DNA of 64,000 nt from Nemertoderma westbladi (Eukaryota > Animalia > Xenacoelomorpha). Shown piece after piece: positions 1 through 13,295 of this stretch (within the stretch, counting starts at the first letter, position 1; the number at the start of each line of letters is the position of its first letter). The translations under genes and the position numbers were made by a program. The notes beneath the pieces were generated by a model that saw only the letters and a list, made by a program, of their open reading frames with translations, made no database searches and was not told the DNA's origin. The stretch spans positions 1 to 64,000 of the forward strand of contig JAUCBJ010008617.1 in NCBI GenBank assembly GCA_032718475.1, written 5' to 3'.

Positions 1-419
1 ATCGAATAAGGGGTAACAAGGTGTGCTGAATCGAGTGGCGGGGTGTTTTTTTTGTAAAAACACGAGGAAACGGCCGAAATGAAGGGTCTAAGTAAGCGTG
101 GGAAGCCAATTTTGAAAATCGTCTATGATTTGCTACTACAGATTTGACGTCACTATAAAGTGCTCTGATAATTTCTTATATTGGTTTCTATGGAGGCTGA
201 TTTTAGATCCATTTAAATACACATTTAATCTCAATCATTTCGCACGCGGCTTATATCAATTGAAAGCGGAGAGTCTTGCGGGTGTTTGGCATGGGCTTAG
301 CCCATTCATTAAACTGGCGCTTATTTCATATTAATTATCAGTTCCGCTGTTATATCGTTATGTTTCACATTTACTGCCTCCTGTTGTTTATCATATGGAG
401 TATTTGAAATAAAAGAAGA

Positions 420-460
<41 letters not shown>
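420..460. repeat. (ATT)n microsatellite
   Basis: Run of attattatt... read directly. Confidence 0.9.
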
Positions 461-462
<2 letters not shown>

Positions 463-740
463 CCTCACTCTAGGTAAAGTTGTACTGTAGGCAGTTTCGT
501 ATAAGGGTTATTGTATTGTATTGTATACGTTTTTCGGGTATGAGAGAGAGGCAATTAAAGAAAAATGTAACGACCACGTCCTGGAATATAGTGTCTTATT
601 TCAGTTTATCTCTAATTTTTCAGTTAATCTTAGTCGTAATGTAATTTCACCTCCCATCTCCTTCCTGGGTAATAATTTTTATTACTAATTACTTTTATTA
701 TTTATTATATTATGTTATTACTAATAAACTTTATTACTAT

Positions 741-935
741 TACTAACTAGTAAATAATTCACAAGCTCCATAAAAACACCATAGCTACCATACCTAATAA
801 TGTTAACAAAAAAAGTAAAATTTTTTTATTTTCAAAAAACACTAGCTAATAAAAAACACTAGCTACCATATAATAATATCTATTAAGGTTCTAGAACATT
901 CACCGAATTGTCCGGGACCGAATTGTCCTGCTTCC
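741..935. mobile_element. Isolated terminal arm of the Foldback/MULE-like non-autonomous element at 4376-5222
   Basis: Matches 4821-4990 and ends in the same ccgaattgtccgggaccgaattgtcctgcttcc terminus. Most of the 15-bp repeats are deleted. Confidence 0.75.
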
Positions 936-983
936 GAAACTATTGTATAGAAAAATTTTATAAATTAAAAAAAAAATGAAAAA

Positions 984-2205
984 ATGAAAAGTTTTATAAA
1001 TTGTGCTGTGCTTGGTTGTATAGATACGCCAGATTTATTGGAATCATGTAATGCGTTTAGAATTGATGAGCCGAATTGGTACTCGCACCACATCTGTTTC
1101 ATTTTCATTGCAATGTCAACAAACTGTGAGCGAGTACAGGATATGTGTACACAATCCAATATTCCAAAATCAGACGAGCAAAATGCTTTGAAACCGAGAG
1201 TTTTCTGGCCATCAGGTAATTCTGAATGTGCACGTAGGTTTAAAAGCAATTTGCAGACTGACGTTGTCATGGAAACGTTCGATGATGTTTACGAATTGTT
1301 AACTTGTAGTGAAATTAGTCCCAGTAGCATTGATTGTGCAGTGGAAGAAATTTAACTAATGTACTATATGATTGTGCAATTTCTAGTGTGCCTGAAAAAT
1401 GTAAAGCGCCTGGAAACAATAACTTTAATCCAGTTCCTAAAAGTGGAGCGATTTGGTTTGATTTTGACTGTGAGGCAGCAAAATTATCGTTTAATAAATA
1501 GCGCTTTAAATTTTTGGCGTAACAATAGGACACCTGAGAGCCTGTTAAATGTTCAGGAAAATCGTAAACATTACCGCAAGGTGTTAAACAATTTATATAA
1601 TGTTTAATAAAAAATTTTTATTACTCTTGTTTATTGAAATTATACCTTTATAATTTCAATAAAAAAGAGTAATAAAAATTGTTACATCTAAATAAAACTA
1701 ATCCCAAAGATTTTTGGCGCAAGTTGAAAAGGTGCTGTAACAAGAATAGAAATGGGCCTGAAAGCCCAAATTTGAATCAGTTTGAAAAATATTCTCATGA
1801 CTTGTCTTGTGTTGAAGGTTCTTTCGAAGATATGGGTGCCAGTAGTGCATCCACTTTTAGTGTTGAATTTAGTAAGGAATGTTTTGAAGTACATTTAGGT
1901 ATCCCCTTTGAGGTGGACGAAGAAGCTGCTGCAATTTTGGCTTTAAAAAGGGGCAAAGTCCCAGGACAGGACCTGCTTATTAATGCATCTTTTATCGAAG
2001 GTGCCACTGAGTTGACGCCGATAATTTCATGCATTTTTAATGCAATATTTTACAAAGGATATTTCCCACAGGCCTGGGCCATTGGATTGTTAATGCCCTT
2101 GTATAAAAGGAAAGGCAGCGCTGCATATTTGCTTAAGCCTCAAACTATCGTGTTATTACATTGCTAGCACATTGGGTAAATTATTAACTTCATTAATTAA
2201 TAGGT
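984..2205 (+). pseudogene. Decayed LINE ORF2 fragment (linker and start of RT)
   Basis: Across frameshifts: WFDFDCEAAK, NPKDFWRKLK, LKRGKVPGQD, FPQAWAIGLLMPLYKRKG and NYRVITLL. These are typical motifs upstream of and at the start of a LINE RT. Confidence 0.8.
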
Positions 2206-2469
2206 TTTTTCAACGCTGTGCTTTAACATCTTCATTTTTCACAAACTAGTTTACAAACGTGGTGTTCAGTAAGATCGGTCGCTTTGACACGTTGGTGTCG
2301 AATGTCCTCATCGTGCTGCACCAGTCTGTCACCTAGAGAATATTCTGTTTGGCCTATATATGCATGGTCACATTCGCAGGGTATGCAATCCAATAAACAA
2401 CTCCTCTAGGTAGTTCTTTTGGTTTGTGTACTGTTTGTGTCATGTCAGGTCAGGTATTCTAGGTCATTA

Positions 2470-5400
2470 ATCAAGAAAACTTGCCACCTCCATGCAACAT
2501 AAAGGAGGTTCCCCCTGTAGCTGCATAGACCCTATTACTAGGGCAAATCTGGTCCTGTAACTAGGACCCCCTTCGTTCTGGGATAAGGACGCCCTTGGTC
2601 CTGGATTAAGGACCCATATACTTGGCTGCAGGGGTATATGGCCTGGCCAGGCAGATGGTGATCTACCAATGGCTGGTCAGGAGTAGAGTGTTCTCATGTC
2701 CACTCTGAGTGCACTTCACTGAGACCTGCACCTGGCAGCAGGGGTATAGGGCATGACACAGCAGATGAGCTGCACAGCAAATGGTGGGTCATGTGCGCCA
2801 GAGTAGATATGAGTGATGGGCCTCATATCTGACTCCACTGCGACACCCACCCTGTGGAATGGCAAACCAGGGTGTGGTATTTTCCCCGAGAGCTGACTCG
2901 GCAAAAAAGCACCCCCAACCCCCACTATGGATTACATTAGTAATGCGGAGGTCCGGCCACTACAGGCCAGTGGAATTACCGGACACAATCGGCCTCACAG
3001 GCGTCAGTTATCTCCTGACTGGCTGCCTGTCTCACCCCCTACTGGAGAGAGAGCAGCCAATAATTATTTGAGTCCCTTTCCTGATGACCTTTCTGGCCAA
3101 ACCTCTGGGTCACCAGGGAAGCCAGATCGTGAGGGGGAGAGGGATTCTGGAGTCGGAGGCTACTCTCATGTTCCACCCCGACCAACAAAGCCATTGGTGA
3201 ATCTGAGGCAAGTCACTAGACTAGTCTCTGTAAACACCCTAACAGTCGGCTCCCCAATGCGACAAGGTGAGCTGACTGCCTTGGCAGATAAGCTTATTCT
3301 TAGCGCTGTGTGTGTTCAAGAGCACCGAATGCAGACTGGACAGACTGATGATGTTCTGATTAAGGAAATGGGGGCGGTTAGTGACTTGCCCTCGCGTCAG
3401 CAGATGATAGTGGCAATGGTGGAATTGGTCTATTGATGAATCCAAATGCACATGCAGCATTGGACAAAATAGACCCAATCTCTAACCGCATCATTCATTG
3501 CCACTTCTCATGTTCTGGAAGACTGGCATCAGCATGCATTCTTAACATTCCTGGGAGACTTTAATGCAAGTCTGCATCAATCACCTACATCGCCCTGGGT
3601 CTATAGCAATAGTGTTAACCGAAATTCTGTCCATCTTCAGGATTTTATCTCTGGAAATGGATTGTTTTCGGCTGGAACCCAGTTCAAGAAGCGAACTGGA
3701 AAGCTATGGACTCATAGTGGACCCAGTGGTCACAAATCCCAGATAGACCATATTCTGTTTCGTAGGAAATACAGGAGCTCTATACAAGACTGTAATGCAT
3801 TTACACTTCGACCCTTCTCCAGTGATCACCGCCTTATTGTGGCCAAGGTAACACTTAGTCTGCGTGCTAGCAGAACAACGAAATCTGCCTTGCTGCGGCA
3901 TGACTGGTCCTCTCTGTTGCAACAGCCAAGTGTGAGATCCAGCTTCATACTACAGCTGAGCAGCAGGTATGAGGTTCTTGCCTCTGTGGCGGCAGATCAC
4001 TGTGAGGGCAGTTAAGTTAGCAGCTGCAGAAACAGTTCCTGTATACCCTCGAAACAGGAAAAGGGCCCCCTGGACTGACAACAAAATTCAGAAGTGCCGA
4101 AATGACCTCTCCTCTATGAGGCGCAGAAAGAGTCCTGACTCAAACAGACTAGTGGCCAAGAATGCAGTTTAGGTTGCATCTAGGTCCCTGAACAGGCAGT
4201 AGTATGTTAATCTACAGGAGCTAATAAACCAACAGGTTGATGCCATCAATGATGCTGACGATAGGAGGCAATCATCCCAGGCATGGAAATCGATCAACTT
4301 GCTTACTGGGCGGAAAAGCCAACAAACCACCAAGGTTAAGGCTGAATCACCAGACGATCGCCTCAATAGTTGGATACTGGTGATATTGGTATTTTTGATA
4401 TTGGTGAATGTTCTAGAACATTAGTAGAGATATTTTTTTATGGTACCTAGTGTTTTTTACTAGCTAGAATTTTTTGAAATTTAAAAATACTGTATTTTTT
4501 TTAATTTTTGTGTTCGAGAACATTATTATATAATATTTATTAAGGTGTAGCTAGTGTTTTTTTTACTAGCTAGAATTTTCTTGAAATTATAAAAAAACTT
4601 GTGAAAACATTGATATTTCAGAATTAGGCCTAAACTGTTGCTGATTATATTAATTACCAAAAATATTGATGATATTATAACAGTCCCTGAATGAGATCCA
4701 GCTACTATCTAGGATAATAATTTAGGCTTGGCTTATTAACAAACCAACAACACATACATTATACATACGCAATATATAAAAAAATCAGTTTTAAACATTT
4801 TACATACATACTGGTACTATTACTAGCTAGTAAATAATTCACAAGCTCCATAAAAACACTATAGCTACCATAACTGATAATGTTAACAAAAAAAGTAAAA
4901 TTTGTTATTTTCAAAAAATACTAGCTAGTAAAAAAAAGTAAAAAAACTAGCTACCATATAATAATATATATTAAGGTTCTAGAACATTCACCATTATGTA
5001 GTACCAATTATATTTGGTCCCGGACAATTTGGTCCCGGACAATTCGGTCCCGAACAATTCGGTCCCATTAATATGTATGTTTTGGGACCAAATTGTCCTA
5101 GTTAGTATCCGGACAATTTGGTCCCGGACAATTCGGTCCCAAAATACAAAATTAATGGGACCGAATTGTCCAGAACCGAATTGTCCGGACCGAATTGTCC
5201 GGGACCGAATTGTCCTGCTTCCCTCCCAGATATTCCCATTGGCGATATCTCCTTTGCAGAAGTGAAGGCTGCTGCAAAGAGCATTAAGACCAATCGTGCC
5301 AGTGGAGTAGATGGTGTTCCCCCTGAGGTCTGTAAAATACCTGAGTGTTTGAAGCTCATCTATCCCATCATAGTAGGTGACCAGTTCCCAAGAAGGGCAA

Positions 5401-6520
5401 CCTAACACTCTATAGTTCTAACACTCTATACTTTCATTATATGGGATTCCTGATGAAATTATTGCAGCAATCAGAACAGTATACGATTGTTCGACAACAT
5501 TTGTTTCTACTGTTGATGGTGACACAGAACCATTTGAAGTGTTATTAGGCGTCCTCCAGGGAGATACACTTGCACCATTCTTGTTCATAATTGTGGTTAA
5601 TTATGTTCTACGCATGTCCTTAGATCATCATAATGATGATGGGGTGATGATAACTCCAACTACTGGCTCCAGAAGTCGAGGAAATCCTGCCAAGTACCTA
5701 ACTGATCTAGAATTTGCTGATTACTTAGGAGTACTCTCAGAATCATTAGAGGGAGCCCAATGGATCCTCAGCTCATTAGAACATGCTGCTTCTAGTGTTG
5801 GTCTTTTTATTAACTCCAGAAAGACCAACATTTTGACAGTTAACTTTGAAAGTCCTCTGTAAGTCTCTGGTCGGATGAGCATAAGCTCAAAGGATGGTAT
5901 GCTTGAGCATGTGGACGACTTCTGTTACCTGGGATAATGGATCCTGAAGTCAGGTGAGGACCTTCGAATACGTAAGGGAAAGGCATGGGCAGCCTTGAAT
6001 AGGCTTTCCAGGATTTGGAAGTCACCGAGAATTAATCGGACACTTAAGGTCCGATTATTTAGAGCAGCAGTAGTTCCAGTACTCCTCTATGGGAGTCCAT
6101 GCTGGGCTCTAACTGCTGATGACACCAAATCTCTGGATGGCACATTCACAAGAATGCTACGCCGGGTTCATTGTGTCAAGTACAATGCACACATCTACAA
6201 CCAGACACTATATAGCATTGGAGGTTTCTCATTGGTTCCCCCAAGCTTGACACTAGAACAAAATCGCCTCCACTTTGCAGGACATTGCTTTCGCCGTGAG
6301 GACCAGCCAGTGCATAATCTTGTACTTTGGCAGCCCCATGGAGTGAATAAGCCCATGACTTTCTTGAGACGCATCTTAAAGGACACTGGCCTTGAAGATG
6401 CGGATGATCTAGCAAATGTCATGGGTGATAGGGAGTTGTGGCGGCGCAATTTTGTCGAAAAGCCGGCACAGCATTCTTAAAAATACAGCTGCAATGCAGC
6501 ATGCCGATCCTAGTAGTAGT
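2470..6520 (+). mobile_element. RTE-clade LINE, near full length, decayed, interrupted at 4376-5222
   Basis: APE motifs (SVNTLT, CVQEHR, GDFNA, QIDHIL, SDHRL), RT motifs (GVLQGDTLAPFLF, EFADY), C-terminal RLHFAGHC..LVLWQP and a (TAG)n tail near 6510. Many stops and frameshifts. The 5' boundary is approximate. Confidence 0.88.
4376..5222. mobile_element. Foldback/MULE-like non-autonomous DNA element with 15-bp subterminal repeats
   Basis: 4400-4570 is an inverted copy of 4830-4990. ggtcccggacaatt repeats occur in both orientations at 5013-5215. The RTE resumes at 5223 and the left terminus is missing. Confidence 0.7.
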
Positions 6521-6639
6521 GTCCTGTTAGTAAGTAAGATCCTAGTTTACGTCCCGTGATGAAATATGTACCTATGCTATAAAGAGCTCACAAATTTTTC
6601 ATACTGTTAGTTAAACCAGAAATGTATGCGAGTCCTATC

Positions 6640-7142
6640 GAGCAGAGAATAGACTCAAGGATATAACAAAGGCTGCACGGTCTAAACGGTGTCAACAATG
6701 TAATACAGTGTATATTTTTAAGTCCAAGCTGTCATTAGGTTGAGGTGGACAGCTTGGACTTAAAAATACCATTTAGACCGTGCAGTCTTTGTTATATCCT
6801 TGAGTCTATTCTCTGCCTGATGAATCCGTATATTATCCAGTTTTCTATCCCATTCTGGCATTGGTGACTAGACCGTGCAGCCTTTGTTATATCCTTCAGT
6901 CTATTCTCTGCCTGATGAATCCATATATTATCCAGTTTTTTAACCCATTCAGGCATTGGTGACTAGACCGTTCAGCCTCTGTTATATCCTGGAGTCTATT
7001 CTCTGCCTGATGAATCCATATATTATCCAGTTTTTAACCCATTCTGGCATTGGTGACTAGACCGTGCAGCCTTTGTTATATCCTTGAGTCTATTCTCTGC
7101 CTGATGAATCTGTCCGTATATTATCCAGTTTTTTGACCCATT
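6640..7142. repeat. Palindromic head plus ~95-bp tandem array (about 4 units)
   Basis: Units start at 6776, 6871, 6966 and 7060. An inverted partial unit lies at 6643-6685 and a 21-bp hairpin stem at 6713-6768. Confidence 0.9.
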
Positions 7143-7526
7143 CGGGTTGACCTCAATTACCTCATGACCTCAATTACCTTCATTGAAACAAATAACTGAG
7201 TCATAAGCTCCAATCGCCAATGCTGTTCCAAAAAATCGCGAATGATAAACTGTAGGCGCCTGGATGGTTAAACTCGTAGTCCAGTGATCCTTATTCAGTT
7301 ATTATTGCAGATTGACAGTCATATACCAGCATACGCCTGTAGGCCTAACTGCCTACATAGGAAAGCAGGATAGATAGGTATACTGGTCGGTCAGCTTGTA
7401 TATTATGGTTATTCATCTTATTTCCTGTGATATTTCCTAATTTCCTAGCTTTTAAGGTTTTTAGCTTATTTCCTAGGTATTAATGTTAATCACTAATTTC
7501 GCTAAAAACCTGCAACATATATATAT

Positions 7527-7800
7527 TTGTGGAAGGAGACTGATATCTTCATCAGCGACCTCGCTGAGACCCGAGTGGCTCGGCGGCAGGGGATGCGAGA
7601 ATGTGGCCTAGCCTGCATTCTTGGGGGGAGTTTGGAGGCAGCTGCAGTTGGCGCTCCTCCACTCAAACTCCCTTTGTCTGTGTGGTGGCCGCCGACCGTG
7701 GAGGGCACTGGGCTTTGGGGATGGAGCGGGTCTGGGGGGAAATGACCTCGCAGAGTGATTTTTAATCCCTGGTGAAGCATTATTAATTGTATTGTTTATA
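7527..7800 (+). mobile_element. 3' fragment of a CRE-clade retrotransposon
   Basis: Translates with frameshifts to FISDLAET..QGMRECGL..GGRRPWRALGFGDGAG, matching the C-terminus encoded at 21010-21240 (GGRRPWQGLGFGDGAG). Confidence 0.8.
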
Positions 7801-8269
7801 TTTTTAATTGTATTATTCTGATGGGAAGTTGGTGCAGTTTTATATTTTGTTCATATCCTATTAGCTTTATTTGTTGATTTATATATAATTTGAGTATTTA
7901 TGTGTATATCATTATAATATTAATAATTTATTATATTATGTTAATATATATTTGTGGTCTACAAATATCTTTGAAAGTCTCTAGCTCTTGAAGAGATTTG
8001 GAATCTTATAATGTGTTGCTCCCATGGTGTGTAAACTAGTCTTTTACATATATAGGATTATTTTATATCTAGAATATGAATTGTTTCTCTATCCCTATTC
8101 AATTGGAGATGGTTGTTGTGTTTTGTGTATTGTACATATATTTGGGGTTTACCAATATCTACGAAAGACTAGCCTCTGTTAAATTTTTGTTTTTTGGAAT
8201 TGGGACACTTACCTTTATACATTTTATGCACTTGTTTATATTTCGAACATCAAAACAGTTGTCTCTGAT

Positions 8270-11099
8270 GGGCAATTCCATGCAACATACGTTACCGTTT
8301 TGTAACATACGTTACACAATTATGACTATACATTGGAGTATATTCAAGTACCATTAGAGTACCATCGGACTATACCATCCACACCACAGCCCCCTTACCA
8401 TGAGATGTGGCAAAATAATGCCATGTTATCAGGGGCCTCTTAATTGTGCTCATATAGCAGAGAGTAAATCTTTGTTTAAAGTGTTGACTTGCCCCATCTG
8501 AAAATATATCTAATGTAAGGGCTCTCTCTAAAACACTTATGATTCACTAAGATGTCATTAAAACAAGCAACTGTGACGTTAACATGAGATAAATAATTTG
8601 ACACAATCGCTATAGACTTCAACTGATCCTTCACGATTTCATCTTTATTCTTGCCATACCATAGAACTGCCGTGTATATTTTATTTTATATTGGTCCTTT
8701 GACCAATGGCCCGATTGAGCCTCATCTTGGTGGTAACGGTAAAGTTCTCTGAAAAATTGATCTGTAGAACTGGATGTTCTGGGGAGGAGGCTTAAATTTT
8801 ATCAACAAATGTCTTGGATTGTTTGCGCTTTATGAATGAGTGTCTAAGAAAGTAAGGGAGTGATTCTTTCAGCATCGCTAGTATTTATATTTTAGAACAA
8901 GAATACCTCACTTTAACAGTTTTGTTAAGTTCATCATCCCTTTCCCACATATAAAATTGTTGCTTGGTATTGGTTGATGATGTATCGTGATCAGGGTGAT
9001 AAATCATTTATGGCCTATGGTAGCAGCTACAAAGTCATACCTGCATGACACATGTCCAGATTACATTTTCCTCAGGTCATTCATTCACTGAGTGGTAAAT
9101 ATACAAAACGTTAATATTAAAATGTAAATAATCCCTTACAATCTCGAAAATTTGAAATATAATAAAATATATTTTGACTACAAATTAAAGTTTCAAAACC
9201 ATACTACGGTGTTTTGCTAAAATCTCATAATATACTATGAAAATTTATTCAATATTATTTTAGTGTGGTTGGGGACTGGCTCACTATTGCCTTATGCCAC
9301 ACTGCAACCATACAACCCTACAATTTCTAACCCTGGTTTTCATTGCTACTTCCACCAACAACAGCCAACTTAGATGCATTATACTGACATGTTTTACAAG
9401 TACCAAACATGCATTCCTTCTTGTTCACATCGCATACAAGATTTGTTTCCAATTCCCTGTGAGTATCGATTTTTAAATCTTCTTTCAGTTCCTGAATTAG
9501 AGTATTGATATTGTGGTGGTAGATGCAAACACACACATTATTGGCGGGGATTTCACTAATATAAATTACATTAATAGGTCGTAAGTCCGAGAATTTAGAG
9601 ACACCTATGGCAACAGATGGATTTTCAACCTTAAACTCAGCAAAGACTTCCCTAATTGTCATTTTCATATCCCGGTTTTGCAACTTGATCTTCTTTCCAT
9701 CAACTCTTTGTAATACATAATCCTTCCGACCTGGTGCCATACAAGAAATGGAATCCTTCTTGTAAAACGCGATCACGTCAACTTCATCCTCTTTCTTTAT
9801 TGCATTCCAAGCTAATCTTTTAGGTTTCACTACAGGAATGTATCCAAACTCATCTGCCAATGTACGTGCTAGATGGGTTTGCTTTCTTGGTGATTTTGGA
9901 AAGCAACTATGAACACAGGACATTGCTTTTTGCAGACTACTTTGTGAGCTATATTCTCCAGGCGATTGATAATTTCGGCGTTTCAATCGGAGGCGTCGAA
10001 TTCGTTCTAATGTTTTACAACGTTGTTCATTCAACTCATTGTTAGTCAACTTTCTTCCGATTCCGGTTTCGTATTTTGTTCTTCTCTAATTCTTCAGCTG
10101 CCTGTTCATTGGTTCTTTTTTGGCGATATGCCTTCATCCGCTCTGCTGCCGTTTTCCCCATACCAGTAAGTCATAAATCAAGTCAATAAATCAATTAAGT
10201 AAGTCAATAAATCAGCATGGCAGTATTGTAACTAAGCTATAACAGTATAACTACTACTAACTACTAAATAACCCTAAACCCTGCTTTAATTAGGCCTGTA
10301 CAAGATACTGTATATAATAATGCAGTACAACTGTCAGATACTACAGGTGCCAATCAGTGTAATGTATGTTACGATTTGTAACGTATGTTACAACTTTTCT
10401 ATGAAATGAGTGGGGTTAGGATGCTTTAAATTTAATAGATGCGACAAGAGTTGTCTAAGCATTATATATTTAACTGTAGAACGTCATATATCAGTATAGA
10501 TTATTTTAATTTATTTCTTTAATCCGGAACTGAATCCATAAAAACAACGACTCAAAATAATCAAATTAACAAGATATACTAACTGTATCACAATACCTAC
10601 AATAAAGCACAAAATATAATATTAATATACTGAACCGTAGCCACACAAAATATATAACACAATTATATTATAATTACAAAGATATAAAACATTATTGTTT
10701 ATGTGGAAAAATGTCAAATTTTTGTAACATACATTACATTTAAAGTATATTTGTTTTGAGTATATTTTTGTAAATTAAAGTTCAATTATGTGTAAAAGCA
10801 CACTTATTGTCAAAAAAAACCCACTCTTTTCGCATCAATTTGATACCACATACACTGTAAAATCATCATTTAATCCATCACAATTACAATTTGAAAAGTT
10901 GTATATAAGTTGTAATTTATATGCAAACAGAATACGGCTTTAAAATTGATAGAATACTCCCCTAATACAGTATTATTTTTCAATTATTTCTTCCAATTCG
11001 GAATCTTCAGGAAATTTTACCCTAGAAATGATGAAAAATACCATGCTTTCCACAAATTTCATATTTACCCATTATGTCACATGTAGTGTGGAATTGACC
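8270..11099 (-). mobile_element. Sola2-type DNA transposon, internally deleted
   Basis: Termini gggcaattcca / tggaattgacc and a 4-bp TSD TGAT at 8266-8269 and 11100-11103. Transposase remnants lie on the minus strand. Confidence 0.75.
8600..10160 (-). pseudogene. Sola2-like transposase, N-terminal half
   Basis: ORF 9327-10049 has SCMAPGRKD, SKFSDLRP, CVCIYHHN and CMFGTCKTC. Decayed NFSENF and QSGHW motifs follow near 8700-8770. Confidence 0.75.
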
Positions 11100-11204
11100 T
11101 GATGTTATATTTAATGTTTAGTTTGGTGAAGTCTGTTAACATTTGTTGATAAAATTGTTAACCCCTGGGCAACATAAAAAATCTTCGAATTGTTGGTGGT
11201 TGTT

Positions 11205-11610
11205 AATGGATGTGCAGGCAATCATCCCAGGAATGGAAATTGATCAACTTGCTTACTGGGCGGAAAAGCCAACCAACCACCAAGGTAAAGGCAGAATCAC
11301 CATCCGATCGCCTCAATGGTTGGAAGGCCCACTTTGAAAAGCTCCTCAATAATGACAGGGTATTGCCTGATAACTTTATAGAAGTAAAAGTGTCTGAGTC
11401 TGTACTCCCAGATATTCCCATTGGCGATATCTCCTTTGCAGAAGTTAATGCTGCTGCAAAGAGCATTAAGACCAATCATGCCAGTGGAGTAGATGGTGTC
11501 CCCCCTGGGGTCTTTAAAATGCCTGGGTGTTTAAAGCTCATCTATCCCATCAAAGTAGACATGTACAAAACAACGAGAGTCCCACAAGAAATGGAAACAA
11601 ATAAGTTGGT
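11205..11610 (+). mobile_element. RTE LINE fragment (same family as 2470-6520)
   Basis: High similarity to 4265-4375 plus 5223-5375. It retains the ~85 bp missing from the first copy. Confidence 0.9.
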
Positions 11611-11989
11611 AATAAGTAACAAATATGTTATACCATTTCCAGGTCAGTTGTGAGTAGCAGAATAATAAAATGTTATATTTTAGTATATATATAAAGCTGT
11701 AAACACCAATAATTTTGTTAAATAAAACATGGATCAATAATAAAGTAGTTTTTTATTCACCTGGCCACTCTGATGTCAAAGATAATGAGACCGAATATGT
11801 CATACCAGTTCTAGGTCAGTTGGGGGTTGCAGAATATGTGCGGGAAATTTTAAAACCTTCAAAAAAAATTAAATTAGCTGATTAAATTATATTATTTGTC
11901 ATATAAATGTGGGGGCCTGTTAAATGACTCTTATTTTAATTATAATTAAAAATGTATTACAATAAAAATAAATAAACATTTATTTTATT

Positions 11990-12600
11990 TTGGAATAAAA
12001 CATTAGTTACTCATTATAGTAGTTATTAAATTGGTATGTCTAACATCAATTTTTTTTTTTTGTTTGATAAATATTTTTTGATATAACAACTTCCACTGAA
12101 GGTTCAATTAAACCAGTCCCCGTCATATTCCATAACAACAAGTTCCCCATATCGAATCTTCAAAAAATTTACAATCTCTACAATTAAATTTTCATTATCA
12201 TCATTCATATCAATTTCAATATAGTCAGAATCCAACTGTCCATTGTTTTGGAGACACTGTATTGCTCCATTGCCATTAATTGCAGTAACACAATTGGCTT
12301 TCTGGTGTCCTTTGAGTTCTAGAGCTGCATCAAATAGACTGTGCAGCTTAACTAGCTTCTCAATTTATCTTGGTTTAATGAGTGTTACACTACAATCAGT
12401 ACCAGCATTGACAAAGTCTTTGATTGTAAGTATCACAGACTTTGAATAATTATGCCAGCCACACCATCTACCTACAGCACCCTTCCCATGATTTGCACAA
12501 AAAACATTCCAGGAAGGGTTGTTATTCATGTGGTTATCTTCCCTCAGAAATCTAAGGGCATGCATGCATGATGAAATGGCATGAATTGAGAGCTTGGGTT
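11990..12600 (-). pseudogene. Sola2-like transposase C-terminal fragment
   Basis: WNVFCANHGKGAV followed by frameshifted DGVAG, corresponding to the HGKGxxDG motif. Confidence 0.55.
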
Positions 12601-13135
12601 ATTGGACCATATCTGGAGTTTGACACTAGACAAATCTTTCACAAGGATCTTTATTAAGTGGTTAACTATTATACTAATCCACTACTTGTCATGAGCCAAA
12701 TTATCAGATATAACTCCTGCACATACTATCTCCTTTGCCAAAATACTGCTGTAAAAGTAGTACATGCATTTTAAAAGTCCAATGTGCAGTTTGTGCCTCA
12801 TAGATCAGCCTGATAAACAGTAATGTAATTCTCAGTGAAGTCAACTTGCAGAACAGCTAGATTGGGATTGTCTTTCACCTGCCCCTTCATTGCATTAAAG
12901 ATTGCTAATTGAACTGTCTTAATCTTCTTTCTGGTGATCTTAAAACCTTTGGCAGGCTATCAACCAAGCCGTCAAGGTAGCATTTTTTCTATCATGACCA
13001 ACATCATAAACTCATAACATTAGGGGAAAGGAGCAGTTTACAGTGGGAGTGTTTTCTAACAAAAACACTAGACTATACATTTTTTCACTTACAGTCAATT
13101 ACCACTGAAGATCACTATTTTCACTTGCTAAATAA

Positions 13136-13295
13136 TTGATTGGTTGAACTGACTTGGGGGGAAGTTCAAAATGCCTGATATCATCATTCTCCACCGGCAG
13201 ACCAGTATTATAATAAATTAGCATATCGCTACCATCCTAGCTAATTACCTGACTTATGCAATTGAACTTCCCACCAAATCAGTCCAACCAATCAA
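13136..13295. mobile_element. Small MITE-like inverted repeat element
   Basis: ~38-bp imperfect inverted repeats: ttgattggttgaactgacttggggggaagttcaa and ttgaacttcccaccaaatcagtccaaccaatcaa. Confidence 0.55.

Noticed and set aside
1-400. Probable DNA-transposon remnant and ORF 125-334
   Set aside because: No terminus or protein motif can be verified within the window.
4971-5408. Repetitive ORFs (GQFGP, NCPD, RTIRS)
   Set aside because: These are translations of the non-coding 15-bp subterminal repeats.
6776-7142. CRISPR-like array (also considered for 47975-48140 and 61640-62375)
   Set aside because: Whole units are repeated with no unique spacers, there are no cas genes, and the context is eukaryotic.
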